Of a stretch of 64,000 bases of DNA, positions 9,963 to 19,094 are shown piece by piece. Position 1 is the stretch's first letter, and each line of letters starts with the position of its first letter. This DNA is from Klebsiella phage Magnus. The DNA is taken from sequence record NC_049462.1. One strand, written 5' to 3'. The notes under the pieces were generated by a model. It saw nothing but the letters and a program-made list of their open reading frames with translations. It was not told the origin of the DNA and did no database searches. Position numbers and translations under genes: made by a program.

Positions 9963-10339
9963 TAGTTGTCATCCTCAATACGCCAGCTCACGCCACCAAT
10001 CCACGGTGCCCAAAAGACAGCCACCTGCGGAATACCGTTTTCTTCAAACTTTACTTTATACTGGTCGTCAAAGTTATAGAATATTTCTTCGTCGTCAGGA
10101 GACATCCCAATCTCACTCAAGACACGCTTCAGTTCTTTAGCCGCTCCAACAGAGGAAGGATTCTCTTGAGAACGGATGTAGTTGTTGATATGAATGATGA
10201 CGCCATCCATATCACTATCCCCTGATCGTTTGTCAGGGCATTCTACCACTTTCAGCAATTCGTTAGACACTTCAGACTCCTTGACGGACAAATTGGTAAT
10301 GTGCAACCAGGCGGTCAACGACTTCTGTAAAATTCTCAC
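9962..10339 (-). CDS. hypothetical protein (125 aa)
   Basis: ORF that overlaps the upstream gene by 68 nt; the true start may be an internal Met. Confidence 0.45.
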   Translation of the reverse strand: MRILQKSLTAWLHITNLSVKESEVSNELLKVVECPDKRSGDSDMDGVIIHINNYIRSQENPSSVGAAKELKRVLSEIGMSPDDEEIFYNFDDQYKVKFEENGIPQVAVFWAPWIGGVSWRIEDDN

Positions 10340-11063
10340 GCAGATAGTCGAAGTGGTTGCGGCCTTCTACTGGTTTAACATATATCATGTTTTCTGAATC
10401 CGAAAGATCCAGTTTTTCATAATTCCCCTGAGGAACGAAGATGCTGAAAATATTGTTCCAGATGCACGGGTCGACATATTTCGGATTGTCGTCAATCAAA
10501 ACATCGCCAGCAACCATGTGCTTTTCATCCGTGCTGATAAACCCGTTGAAAATGTTCGGGAACTTGCCATACACGAACTGACGTTTGCTGCGTTCGTGCT
10601 CGGGTTCACATTTGGTGACAGCAACAAATTCCACCATTTCAAACTTCATGAGCAGCGCATCATGCAAGTTGTTCAAGAACTCTACCGCACCGGGCAACGG
10701 CTGCATACGGGAGTACAGATCAGGTTGGCGCCAAAAGTCCATCGGGTCGCGTCCGTTTGACATATAATGGGTCTTACCGCCGATACTGACATATGAATGT
10801 GACCATGCCGGATGAGCACGTTCACGCATCAGGATTGCCAAATCACCCGCATGGTTCATATAACATTGCTTGGTGATCGGCTGGAATTTAGCGGGGCCAA
10901 CAATCCCATCCGGGAGACTTGCTTGGGCTTCCAGGTTTCCGTCATTAAACCATTTGACCCAAGGCGATAGACTATCGACCATTGTCAGATCAACGTCCAC
11001 CAAAACCCGGTACAGGCCTCCGACCTTTGAGTTCATATCGTATAGACAAGTCAGGTTGTTCAT
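10272..11063 (-). CDS. HAD-superfamily 5'(3')-deoxyribonucleotidase-like protein (263 aa)
   Basis: HAD motif I 'VLVDVDLTMVD' (DxDxT) and a C-terminal 'DVLIDDNPKY', as in the NT5C deoxynucleotidase family. Confidence 0.55.
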   Translation of the reverse strand: MNNLTCLYDMNSKVGGLYRVLVDVDLTMVDSLSPWVKWFNDGNLEAQASLPDGIVGPAKFQPITKQCYMNHAGDLAILMRERAHPAWSHSYVSIGGKTHYMSNGRDPMDFWRQPDLYSRMQPLPGAVEFLNNLHDALLMKFEMVEFVAVTKCEPEHERSKRQFVYGKFPNIFNGFISTDEKHMVAGDVLIDDNPKYVDPCIWNNIFSIFVPQGNYEKLDLSDSENMIYVKPVEGRNHFDYLRENFTEVVDRLVAHYQFVRQGV

Positions 11064-11401
11064 TTATCTTCCTCCACTTTATCATATCCTGTCGCTTTAC
11101 AACCATCAGCCTGGCAGTCGCCATACAGGACAACCATGGAGTCTTTTACAAAAGTGGAACAATGATACAGCTCCGTTGTTGGATCGCTGTCATCGTAATT
11201 GCAAACGGTCTGGATCGGGCCGGGAGTAGTACCCTGGAGGGTGGCATGTGCTTTAACCATGTCATCCATTTTGGTCTGAGCCTGGTCTTGAGTGAAGTCC
11301 GGCCCGCTCAGGTCAGGAACATCCAGAAGAGTAGAACACGCCGTGGTAGAGAACGCCAGAGCGCATACCAGAAGGATCTTATTGTGTTTCATCTTAATCA
11401 C
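11060..11401 (-). CDS. secreted/lipoprotein-like small protein (113 aa)
   Basis: Signal peptide 'MIKMKHNKILLVCALAFSTTAC'. Confidence 0.5.
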   Translation of the reverse strand: MIKMKHNKILLVCALAFSTTACSTLLDVPDLSGPDFTQDQAQTKMDDMVKAHATLQGTTPGPIQTVCNYDDSDPTTELYHCSTFVKDSMVVLYGDCQADGCKATGYDKVEEDK

Positions 11402-11459
11402 CTATTCTTTGTCAAAGGGAAACAACAAGGGGAATTATATCCCCCTGTCGGTTATTGAA

Positions 11460-14456
11460 TCAACCTTTCTTACCCATCATCGCCAATAGATTTACTCGAC
11501 GTTTGTGAGACCAGCCAACGACCGTCAGTATAGACTGGATCGGTTCGATGAATGACTTCTCAAATGCCGTGTTGTAATCCACCCACTTCGCCATATCTAA
11601 TTCTTCGGGGAAGAACTCTGGATAGGCGAAATAGTTCTGGCCGAACGGATTACCAGCTTTCAGCAGAACAATGTTGACTTTATCTCCGGATTCAATCAAC
11701 GGTAAATCGAGTTCTTCATGTTTCTCCACCAGGCGATTGTAGCCGACGCATGCCTTTGCAGCAAAATGTGCTCCGGAGATAAAGGATCCATCAGGAGCCA
11801 CGCACTTCTCAATGTCAGATACGCCCGATGCCTTCGCAATATCATCGACGCTCAGTTTCATGTACTCATCTTTATACGTCTTGATGAGGTCTTGGACTTC
11901 GCTTTCCGTGCCTAAAAGAATGCGCTCATAGCACTTGATGAGACGTTCACGACACCATTCTGGCGTTGTTGATTTACGCGCTTCAAGACCTTTGAATTTG
12001 ATCTTCGGCTTCTCATATTTGATGCCTTCACTGTCATAGACAGCCATGCAATACATCTTCTTGGCACGCCATACTGCAGCAGACGCAATGACTTCACGCT
12101 CCCAAACCATGCGCTGTTCGTAGCCATTCATCGTATTACACAGCATCTGTGCCCATTCATTGGTCTTGGGCTGATAATTCTCCTTGATCCATTGGTCGAT
12201 GTTATCAACGAGTTTGTGGTGGTCAGTTTCTCCTTCCCACAATTTCTTGACCAGGCGCTCAATACAGATATAGTTCGAGTCCGTGTCCCCCGCGATAACA
12301 TAATCCAGGCCGCTGGTCCCACACAATCCGTTAAGATAATCGTCAGTGTAACGCTTGTTCCACTTATTGATCAACTGCCCTGAAGTTGTAATCGCTTCCG
12401 CAATGTTGAGGTTAAAGTATTCTTTAAACCAAACGTTAGAGATTGCACCATAACCTGCGTTCATCAAGATCTTCAGACCTTGCTGTAACGTGTCTTGGGC
12501 AACGCCAAGGTCTTCCCATTTGCGCATCACTTCGGACAGGTGGTCAAGGTCGATGTTCTTGTGCTCTTCATACCAGTCTTGGTCAAAGTAGCGGGATTTC
12601 ATCGCGGATTCAAGGTGGAAATCACCCTTAGACATTTCCTTACACCAGCCCGCCCATTGCTCATACTTCAGACCCTTGGCCTTCTCACCTTTACGGTCAG
12701 CGTAAATGCCGCGCATAATCTCAGAGAGGAAGGACATTTTCTCATTACTGAAGAACTGAACGTTCGGTGTAAACGACACGTTGTAACGCACGAGGGTTTC
12801 AAATCGGAATTCACCCAGGGCAACCAGTTCATCTACAACCTGTAGGCGTTCATCAATCGCGCGGAGCAGCTTGTCATGAAGATTCTTCATATGGCGACGT
12901 TTATGCATCGGCGTCGTCATATCGTTCATCTTAGCAGCAAGCTCTTCACACATGGCTTCAATGATTTCACGACGGGTATGTTTATCGCCGATAATCGTTT
13001 CAGGCCCAAGGTTGTACTGCTGAATGATGTGTGGGTACAGGGAGTTCAAGTCCTCTGAGAAGACCCAATAATAGATCCCTGGCGCCACTTCCATGACATA
13101 TGCGCCTTCAAAGTTTGTCGGCCCATCATAGACGCGCTGAACTTTGGGAACAATCCCCTTTTCGTACAGCTTGTAATAACACATGGCCAACCACGGGGCT
13201 ACCGTACCCAAGCCGTCTTCAAAGTTAGATTTGGTGCGATATGCCAGGACAAACATCAGCTGAATGAGACGCAGCTTTTGTTCCAGACGCCAGACGAGTT
13301 TGACGTCCTTAATACCATACCGGGTGTGCTTACAATAATCGTTGAAATACAGATCAAACAGTGATTTGCTCTCACTGTAATCCATCTTCTTCTCACCGAG
13401 TTCGCAATACGCAATCCAGTCCAAAGAATATCTCTCACGTGTGGTGTACGTGTGCTTCTTGTAGACCTGCAGGTAATCCAACATAGGACAGCCAACGAAC
13501 TGATAAGTCGTGATGTCACCCTTCTTATCCCGGATGATGCGCTTTTTGATCTTACCCCAAGGACTCAGGCGATTGGTGTCGGCTTCACCCAATACTTGCA
13601 TGCAGCGTTCCACCAGGTAGGGGCTATCAAATTGCTCGATGTTCCAGCCTGTCCAGCAGTCAAAGGCCCGCGCTTCCCAGTAATCAACAAATGACCGCAG
13701 CAGATCTTGTTCGGTGGTGAACTCTTGATATTCTACTTCCAGACCACCGATCTCTTCATCATTTGGGTCATATTTGAATTTATGGCGATCCTTAGAACAC
13801 GGCATCCCCCAGACCATATATTTGTTATTGGTCAGATCCTGGAGCTGAATGAGCGTAATCGGGAATGCCGCATTCATGTTCTGGGTGATCTTACCATTTG
13901 CGTCAATGATGGGGAACTGGTCGGTCACATTGTTGGAGATAAAGGAGCCGGGGAAATGCTCGCGAACGAACGCATGGTTGGCCAGGATACGTTTATGGAA
14001 CTGACGAACACGCGCCGCGCTCCCTTTGAACGTCTGTAGTTCGATCGTCGGGTGCGGGAATGGACCTTTAGTCATCTGCCCATCGACCCATCCTGCAGAG
14101 AACACTTCGATATCAAGGTTGGCGATATGGATGTTGTTGTAATCTGGCTGAATTGTACCAGGAAAACTGTGGGCGATGAATTGATAGGCATAGTCGGTCT
14201 GACCATATATCGCCGCGCCTTCTACATCCTTGTATTCCTCCATATAGTTGTCGGCGTCACGCATAGACGCAAACTTTTTAGAAATCAGAGGTTCGTTCAA
14301 CAGGCCGACTTTTTCAACATTAGAATAATCAGCCGTGGGTAAATATAGAGTGGGTTCGAATTTCTTTTTGAGCATGCGGCGGTTGCCCATGTCATCTGCA
14401 ATTCGAACTAACAGGTCGTTGCCTTGCCGGGCGACGTTAGTATAGAAAACAGTCAT
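11460..14456 (-). CDS. 43: Family B DNA polymerase (T4 gp43-like), ~999 aa
   Basis: Clear collinear similarity to T4 gp43 (e.g. 'RLSPWGKIKK...LDYLQVYKK', 'SLYPHIIQQYN', 'YVIAGDTDS'). Start chosen at 'MTVFYTNV' (ATG 14456) to match the T4 N-terminus 'MKEFYISI'. The ORF-track extension to 14639 overlaps the divergent gene. Confidence 0.9.
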   Translation of the reverse strand: MTVFYTNVARQGNDLLVRIADDMGNRRMLKKKFEPTLYLPTADYSNVEKVGLLNEPLISKKFASMRDADNYMEEYKDVEGAAIYGQTDYAYQFIAHSFPGTIQPDYNNIHIANLDIEVFSAGWVDGQMTKGPFPHPTIELQTFKGSAARVRQFHKRILANHAFVREHFPGSFISNNVTDQFPIIDANGKITQNMNAAFPITLIQLQDLTNNKYMVWGMPCSKDRHKFKYDPNDEEIGGLEVEYQEFTTEQDLLRSFVDYWEARAFDCWTGWNIEQFDSPYLVERCMQVLGEADTNRLSPWGKIKKRIIRDKKGDITTYQFVGCPMLDYLQVYKKHTYTTRERYSLDWIAYCELGEKKMDYSESKSLFDLYFNDYCKHTRYGIKDVKLVWRLEQKLRLIQLMFVLAYRTKSNFEDGLGTVAPWLAMCYYKLYEKGIVPKVQRVYDGPTNFEGAYVMEVAPGIYYWVFSEDLNSLYPHIIQQYNLGPETIIGDKHTRREIIEAMCEELAAKMNDMTTPMHKRRHMKNLHDKLLRAIDERLQVVDELVALGEFRFETLVRYNVSFTPNVQFFSNEKMSFLSEIMRGIYADRKGEKAKGLKYEQWAGWCKEMSKGDFHLESAMKSRYFDQDWYEEHKNIDLDHLSEVMRKWEDLGVAQDTLQQGLKILMNAGYGAISNVWFKEYFNLNIAEAITTSGQLINKWNKRYTDDYLNGLCGTSGLDYVIAGDTDSNYICIERLVKKLWEGETDHHKLVDNIDQWIKENYQPKTNEWAQMLCNTMNGYEQRMVWEREVIASAAVWRAKKMYCMAVYDSEGIKYEKPKIKFKGLEARKSTTPEWCRERLIKCYERILLGTESEVQDLIKTYKDEYMKLSVDDIAKASGVSDIEKCVAPDGSFISGAHFAAKACVGYNRLVEKHEELDLPLIESGDKVNIVLLKAGNPFGQNYFAYPEFFPEELDMAKWVDYNTAFEKSFIEPIQSILTVVGWSHKRRVNLLAMMGKKG

Positions 14457-14534
14457 TGTATTCTCCAGGTTATCCGTGCCGTTAGCACGTTCCCATAATT
14501 TAACCGAGGAGGGTTCATTGACCAAGGAGTTTAT

Positions 14535-15107
14535 ATGGCAATCCCCTTGGTAAGCATGATTCCTGGTGCTTTGAAACAGCTCTGGAATCTGGGAACTGAT
14601 TTGATTCAATATAAGCGGGAAATTGTAAGCGCCAAACACGATGTCAAGTTAGAAGCGATCAAATCGTCTTCTGACTGGGAACTATCTAAGATCACAGAAG
14701 TTGGTGGTTCTTGGAAGGATGAGTTCTGGACTATCGTTCTTGCGGTTCCCGCGATCCTCGTTATGTTAGCTCCTGTTGTGGAACTGCTTTTGTTCCCCGG
14801 CGAATATCATAAAGGGGATTTCATCAAAGCAGTAGTCGGTGGCATGCAAGCCCTGGATACCGCGCCTGATTGGTATACTGCTTCATTATTGACAGCAATT
14901 AGTGCATCATTCGGTATCAAAGGCTACAACCACTTTAAAAGCAACAGCCGCAAGGCGCAAGCTGTCGATGCCCTTAAACAATTCGGCGTCAAAGTGGTTA
15001 GCAAAGATCCCACTGTTGTTACTCAGTCGGGTTCTCCCGATCTTGAGTCTGCTCCCCCAGCTGGGTCTACTGCGACCTCTGGTGCGTGGCCTGATCTGAA
15101 GAAATAA
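14535..15107 (+). CDS. membrane protein (190 aa), divergent from the polymerase gene
   Basis: Two predicted TM helices. Confidence 0.5.
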   Translation: MAIPLVSMIPGALKQLWNLGTDLIQYKREIVSAKHDVKLEAIKSSSDWELSKITEVGGSWKDEFWTIVLAVPAILVMLAPVVELLLFPGEYHKGDFIKAVVGGMQALDTAPDWYTASLLTAISASFGIKGYNHFKSNSRKAQAVDALKQFGVKVVSKDPTVVTQSGSPDLESAPPAGSTATSGAWPDLKK

Positions 15108-15112
15108 TGTTC

Positions 15113-15138
15113 AAGGGGCTTCGGCCCCTTTCTTTTGG
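15113..15138 (+). terminator. Rho-independent terminator
   Basis: AAGGGGC-TTCG-GCCCCTT followed by TCTTTTGG. Confidence 0.6.
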
Positions 15139-15147
15139 TGTTAAGGA

Positions 15148-15360
15148 ATGGATGTGGTAAACAAGAGATTGCTCGTCACCCAGGGCGGGGCGACGATAGT
15201 AAGAGGCCGGATTTATGAACAAACTAAACTCGGCTCACACAAAACTAGACTGAAAGTAAAAGCACCAGATGGTGGTTGGCCAACAAATGTGATCGTTCCC
15301 GATGGTCTCATAGAACGAGGGTTCGCGACATACCGAGGAGCAGAGTTCAAAATTTATTAA
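15148..15360 (+). CDS. small hypothetical protein (70 aa)
   Basis: ORF. Confidence 0.35.
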   Translation: MDVVNKRLLVTQGGATIVRGRIYEQTKLGSHKTRLKVKAPDGGWPTNVIVPDGLIERGFATYRGAEFKIY

Positions 15361-15376
15361 AAATTTATTGAAAAAC

Positions 15377-15404
15377 TTTACTTCTTCAATAACTGGCGTA
15401 TACT
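15377..15404 (+). promoter_or_regulatory. T4-type early (sigma70-like) promoter TTTACT-N16-TATACT
   Basis: -35 TTTACT 15377-15382, -10 TATACT 15399-15404, with an AAATTTATTG UP-like tract upstream. The same module occurs at 59626 and 62396. Confidence 0.5.
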
Positions 15405-15453
15405 TCAAATTGTAGTACGAACAAACAACAAATTGAAGAGAAGGAAATACATC

Positions 15454-16011
15454 ATGGGCATCGAAATCATCGTTCAATCAAAATCAGGCAAAACAGTAAT
15501 GTACGGCACTGAAGAAGGTCGCTGCATCATTAACTACGGCACCATCACTGGTGAAGCGCCAGAGAAAGGTGGTCGCTATTTGGTTGAGTATGGTTCGCGT
15601 GTCCTGATGGTGAGCAAAGTCGACGGTCGTGAAATTATGATTCCACGCAAAGAATACTTTGATTCTCGGGTTGAAGCCATGCAGTTCTTCCTGTTCCAGC
15701 AGAGCCATGAACGCTTTGTAGAAGCCAAAGACGCCGGGCTGGACGATGCAACTGCCGAACTGATTGCCGAAGGGAAAATGACTCTTGAAGCCGCTCTGGG
15801 CGATATGGATATGGACGCCGAAGCACATTGGATTGAATATTCCGCATACCAGAACGAATGCGAAGACGATCCGGAAGATGACGGGTTTGATCCAGATCTC
15901 CACGGCGGCGAAGACGACAATACCCCTCCTCTGGAAATTCTGATGGCGGGTGGTCAGGCCGCTTGGGAATGGCAGAACGAGAAAAATGCCTGGCTGGATA
16001 GCCGCCTCTAA
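15454..16011 (+). CDS. hypothetical protein with an acidic C-terminus (~185 aa)
   Basis: ORF, start taken at MGIEII with a GAGAAGGAAA RBS. Confidence 0.5.
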   Translation: MGIEIIVQSKSGKTVMYGTEEGRCIINYGTITGEAPEKGGRYLVEYGSRVLMVSKVDGREIMIPRKEYFDSRVEAMQFFLFQQSHERFVEAKDAGLDDATAELIAEGKMTLEAALGDMDMDAEAHWIEYSAYQNECEDDPEDDGFDPDLHGGEDDNTPPLEILMAGGQAAWEWQNEKNAWLDSRL

Positions 16012-16020
16012 TATCAAGTA

Positions 16021-16038
16021 AAGCCCCTTCGGGGGCTT
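16021..16038. terminator. terminator-like hairpin between convergent genes (1 of 2)
   Basis: AAGCCCC-TTCG-GGGGCTT. Confidence 0.45.
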
Positions 16039-16071
16039 CTTATCCAAATTTGAAACATAGGTCTACATAAA

Positions 16072-16098
16072 GAAGGGGCTTTCGCCCCTTTTCTTATT
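16072..16098. terminator. bidirectional terminator-like hairpin between convergent genes (2 of 2)
   Basis: AAGGGGC-TTTC-GCCCCTT, with T-tracts on both strands. Confidence 0.5.
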
Positions 16099-16546
16099 CC
16101 CAGAAATCATCGTCATCATCGACGTCAGCCAATTCAGTATCCAGATCTTCATCCGAATACTCCGGCAGTTTACCATTCTGTTGCAGGTAAGCAATCTCAT
16201 CATCTTCCAGCTGCAGGTCGGTGGCGATAAAAAGTGCATCGCTTTCTTCGTCATGCTCAATGCTGTATGACGTATATTCCATGCCCTGAACGGTAATGAT
16301 GATGCTGGTCGGATCATCGGGGTCGACGTGTGCCTCGAAAGGAACTCCATCAATCGGAGCGTCTTCCAGGAAAGTTGCCAGGGCGATAGCAGCACGAACA
16401 ACGTCGGTGCCTTCTACGGATGCATAGATCTCTTCGGCGCCAGTTTCCCCGCGCTCAAAAAACTCTATGGTTGTGCCGTCTTGAACGCCAGTCCAGATTG
16501 GAGCGTCCAGTATTGATTCAGATTCGAATAAAGTGGAGATTGCCAT
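16094..16546 (-). CDS. highly acidic protein (150 aa, very Asp/Glu-rich); DNA-mimic/anti-restriction candidate
   Basis: Roughly 30% D+E, including 'DVDDDDDFWE'. Confidence 0.5.
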   Translation of the reverse strand: MAISTLFESESILDAPIWTGVQDGTTIEFFERGETGAEEIYASVEGTDVVRAAIALATFLEDAPIDGVPFEAHVDPDDPTSIIITVQGMEYTSYSIEHDEESDALFIATDLQLEDDEIAYLQQNGKLPEYSDEDLDTELADVDDDDDFWE

Positions 16547-16555
16547 GTCAGTGAT

Positions 16556-16591
16556 CCTCAGTGTGGATTATGGGGTATTTAGCCACACTGA
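16556..16591 (-). promoter_or_regulatory. hairpin with a perfect 10-bp stem (CTCAGTGTGG/CCACACTGAG); on the minus strand its loop carries the late-promoter-like motif CTAAATACCCCATA, and its stem includes the RBS of the acidic gene
   Basis: Inverted repeat 16556-16565/16582-16591; the reverse complement of the loop is GGCTAAATACCCCATAAT. Confidence 0.45.
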
Positions 16592-16614
16592 GAACCATAT
16601 ATGGGCAAGACAAA

Positions 16615-17994
16615 TTAGGAAGGTATAAATGTATCGACAAAAATGTGATCACTGCCAGGAATATCACCCAACTCCGGACATGCTGCCTTCATCGGTTCTA
16701 CATACGGCTTACTACCAACGATCCAGAACAGAGAGTTCTCGTTCAACAACTCTGGTTTGTGTTCCTGGATCCACGTCATCACCTTGCCTTCATAGCGAGG
16801 ATGAAGTTCAATATCACCCCATTGGTATTCCATCAGATCGTTGTAACGAACCCAATTGGTGGTGTGCAAATCCCAGTGATGGACATTAAAGCGCGGAGAA
16901 CCATCCGCTCTCTCCAGTTCTTTCGGGTCGTAACGACCTAACAGGCCAAGCAGTGAAACGCTCTTAGGGGACTGCGGAGAGTCCTTCTTACCATACAGAT
17001 AATCCGGGTTGTCATGATAATGACGAGTGAAGTCCACGATGTGTGGTAAATTAGCATATTCACCAATAATGCGCAGACGACTTTCAATGAAGTCAAGGCG
17101 GTTTGGACCGATACCGATCAGGTACACATTTTTCAGATTCGGTTTTGGATGCATCGCCAGCCCGGTTAGAATACTGGTGCAAGAGTTGCATGAACCCGCC
17201 GGGATGATCAGATCAGTAATATGATCCGGAATGTTGGCGACCTGTTCACCACCCAGCATATGGAATCCAGCGATGCGCTCCGGGGAATGCAATTTATGGT
17301 CCAGAGTGATCCCATACTCCAGATAATACGCCTTTGGATTCTGTTGTTCAATCAGCTTCTTACAGCGCGGCTGAATGGTGCTGTTATAACCGGAACCGAC
17401 GAAATTGAAGATACTACCAAACCAGGCAGACATTGCCACCATGTCGTGGTTCATACAAGTGGTTGGCTTGGTTGCACCCAGGACTGTAGTCGTATGCCCG
17501 CCGAAGTGCCGAGAGACTGCCGTCGCCATAGGGGACTGCGGACTACCAACGACAGTACCATGGATGATATCGGGGGAGCCTCCGGCCTTTAAATGCTCAA
17601 CCATGAGCCAGATAGCCTGACGGAGTTTGCTGCCGTTGATACCCTGTTGCCCGTTTGCATAGTTGGACAGCGGCGCGAAGTAATCTTCACGTTTGAACCA
17701 AACCTGTTGGTTGGTTACGGGGTTTGCAACGAGTTCACACGGGGTGTGTTTGTAGAGATAATCTTCCCAGTGAACCAGGTTGCGGTCTAGAGAAAGAGTT
17801 TTGAAGATAGTTTTGTTGTGATGTTGAGAGATAATACCCCCCATCGACGATTCTTCCTTTAACGCATCGCTGACAAATTCTTCAAGGATATCTTGGTTGA
17901 TACTACTTTCACAGCTTTGGACTGTAAATGGAGTTGTATTTGTTTCAACAACAGTTTTGATGTCATTTAAAAGTTTCTGTGTTTTATCGTTCAT
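16615..17994 (-). CDS. PLP-dependent fold-type II enzyme (ACC-deaminase/D-cysteine desulfhydrase-like), 459 aa
   Basis: 'INGSKLRQAIWLMVEHLKAGG...GTVVGSPQSPMATAVSRHFG' resembles the family pattern GGNKxRKLE...GGxQSNHxxATA. Confidence 0.5.
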   Translation of the reverse strand: MNDKTQKLLNDIKTVVETNTTPFTVQSCESSINQDILEEFVSDALKEESSMGGIISQHHNKTIFKTLSLDRNLVHWEDYLYKHTPCELVANPVTNQQVWFKREDYFAPLSNYANGQQGINGSKLRQAIWLMVEHLKAGGSPDIIHGTVVGSPQSPMATAVSRHFGGHTTTVLGATKPTTCMNHDMVAMSAWFGSIFNFVGSGYNSTIQPRCKKLIEQQNPKAYYLEYGITLDHKLHSPERIAGFHMLGGEQVANIPDHITDLIIPAGSCNSCTSILTGLAMHPKPNLKNVYLIGIGPNRLDFIESRLRIIGEYANLPHIVDFTRHYHDNPDYLYGKKDSPQSPKSVSLLGLLGRYDPKELERADGSPRFNVHHWDLHTTNWVRYNDLMEYQWGDIELHPRYEGKVMTWIQEHKPELLNENSLFWIVGSKPYVEPMKAACPELGDIPGSDHIFVDTFIPS

Positions 17995-18062
17995 TCTATT
18001 TCTCCTGTAGACATTGGCATATCATAGCGTATCTACAGGAGTATAGAAAAGGAGAATCTCGG

Positions 18063-18698
18063 CTACTTTCTGAAGATATCCAGGAACTTCAGGATCTCAG
18101 ACATAAAGCCTCCCCGCTTACGTTCGGCTGAAATCTTTTTAGATTCAGGAACCGGAATAGAACTATCGTGACGTAATTGACGGGACAAAGAACCATCATC
18201 TTTGACGACACGAGTTGGTGGCGGCACAGGTGGTGCTGGCGGGAGCGGAACTTCGCGACTACGCACCATGGTTTCATAGTCCCGAGCGATCTCAATATAT
18301 TTCCGGCGCTCAGTGAAGAAATCAACTGCTTTCACTTTCCGGCGGCGGGCATGAGAACTCTCTTCACCATAGTAGTCGTAATTGTTACGAACCATCCAGT
18401 TCACGGCTTGTTCAAACGTGTTGAACACCAGAATGGGAATGCCGTCGCCTTTCTCAATACAATCCAGTGAAGAGTACCCGACAATGACGGTCATACCTTT
18501 CTGGAACAATTTACAGGGGATGGCGTTACCCGGAGTGTTGCGGTTGCGCGGGACGATATGATCTTCACGGTGAACAAAGTTCGGATACAAGAACTCATTG
18601 AGAGTTCCCTTGTAGCCCTTGTATGTGTACATACGGACGAATGGAGGAACGTCAACGACCACGTCGTTCAATTCCCAGATAGTAACATTGCGCATCAA
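18063..18698 (-). CDS. hypothetical protein (211 aa) with a Pro-rich linker
   Basis: ORF. Confidence 0.5.
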   Translation of the reverse strand: MMRNVTIWELNDVVVDVPPFVRMYTYKGYKGTLNEFLYPNFVHREDHIVPRNRNTPGNAIPCKLFQKGMTVIVGYSSLDCIEKGDGIPILVFNTFEQAVNWMVRNNYDYYGEESSHARRRKVKAVDFFTERRKYIEIARDYETMVRSREVPLPPAPPVPPPTRVVKDDGSLSRQLRHDSSIPVPESKKISAERKRGGFMSEILKFLDIFRK

Positions 18699-18779
18699 TA
18701 TTTCCTCAGTTCATGGTTGGACACTGAATTATAACGCGATTCGGTTATAGATTAACCTATTTGAGAATCAGAATTATAG

Positions 18780-18812
18780 ACAAAAAGAAGCCCGGTATCC
18801 TTACCGGGCTTT
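18780..18812 (-). terminator. strong rho-independent terminator ending the minus-strand tRNA/ncRNA transcription unit
   Basis: Perfect 10-bp stem AAGCCCGGTA/TACCGGGCTT with a 4-nt loop, followed on the minus strand by CUUUUUG. Confidence 0.6.
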
Positions 18813-18865
18813 GATAAAGACCAAAATCACATGGCCTATTCGCAGTTATGCTACACAGATTATTG

Positions 18866-18892
18866 GGAGAGTGCGCCGGGAATCGAACCCAG
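18866..18892 (-). ncRNA. tRNA T-arm-like element (GGGTTCGATTCCC) that could not be extended into a canonical cloverleaf
   Basis: Perfect T-stem/loop consensus, but no complementary acceptor arm was found by eye. Confidence 0.2.
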
Positions 18893-19020
18893 AGTCATCA
18901 GAACTTAGAAAGCTATGTGCATTTCACCTACGGTTCTGTGATTTATTCTTCCTCAACTCCAGATTAAGAAACAGGGGCATGCACACCTTACTGTTCCCGC
19001 AGGAAGTCGCACCCATAATT

Positions 19021-19094
19021 TGGAAGGAGCACCAGGATTCGAACCTGAGATCATGGGATCAAAGCCCATTGCCTTACCGCTTGGCTATGCTCCT
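19021..19094 (-). tRNA. tRNA-Gln (anticodon TTG)
   Basis: Hand-folded cloverleaf: acceptor AGGAGCA/TGCTCCT, D-arm GCCAAGCGGTAAGGCA (as in E. coli tRNA-Gln), anticodon loop CTTTGAT, T-arm CAGGTTCGAATCCTG, encoded CCA. Confidence 0.75.

Noticed and set aside
14457-14534. TTGACC -35-like hexamer immediately upstream of the 14535 gene RBS
   Set aside because: It lies too close to the start codon (less than 20 nt) to be a promoter for that gene. It is probably coincidental within the short divergent intergenic region.
11460-14639. Possible intein in the DNA polymerase (ORF-track length 1059 aa vs 898 aa in T4)
   Set aside because: About 60 aa of the excess is an ORF-track N-terminal extension upstream of the real start (MTVFYTNV at 14456), which overlaps the divergent gene. 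The rest is spread over several small insertions. No Cys...His-Asn intein boundaries are present, and the 'YVIAGDTDS' motif region is contiguous.
18866-18892. Sixth tRNA at the 18878 T-arm
   Set aside because: The T-arm is perfect, but no acceptor or anticodon arms could be paired within 90 nt on either side. It is left as a T-arm-like element rather than called a tRNA.
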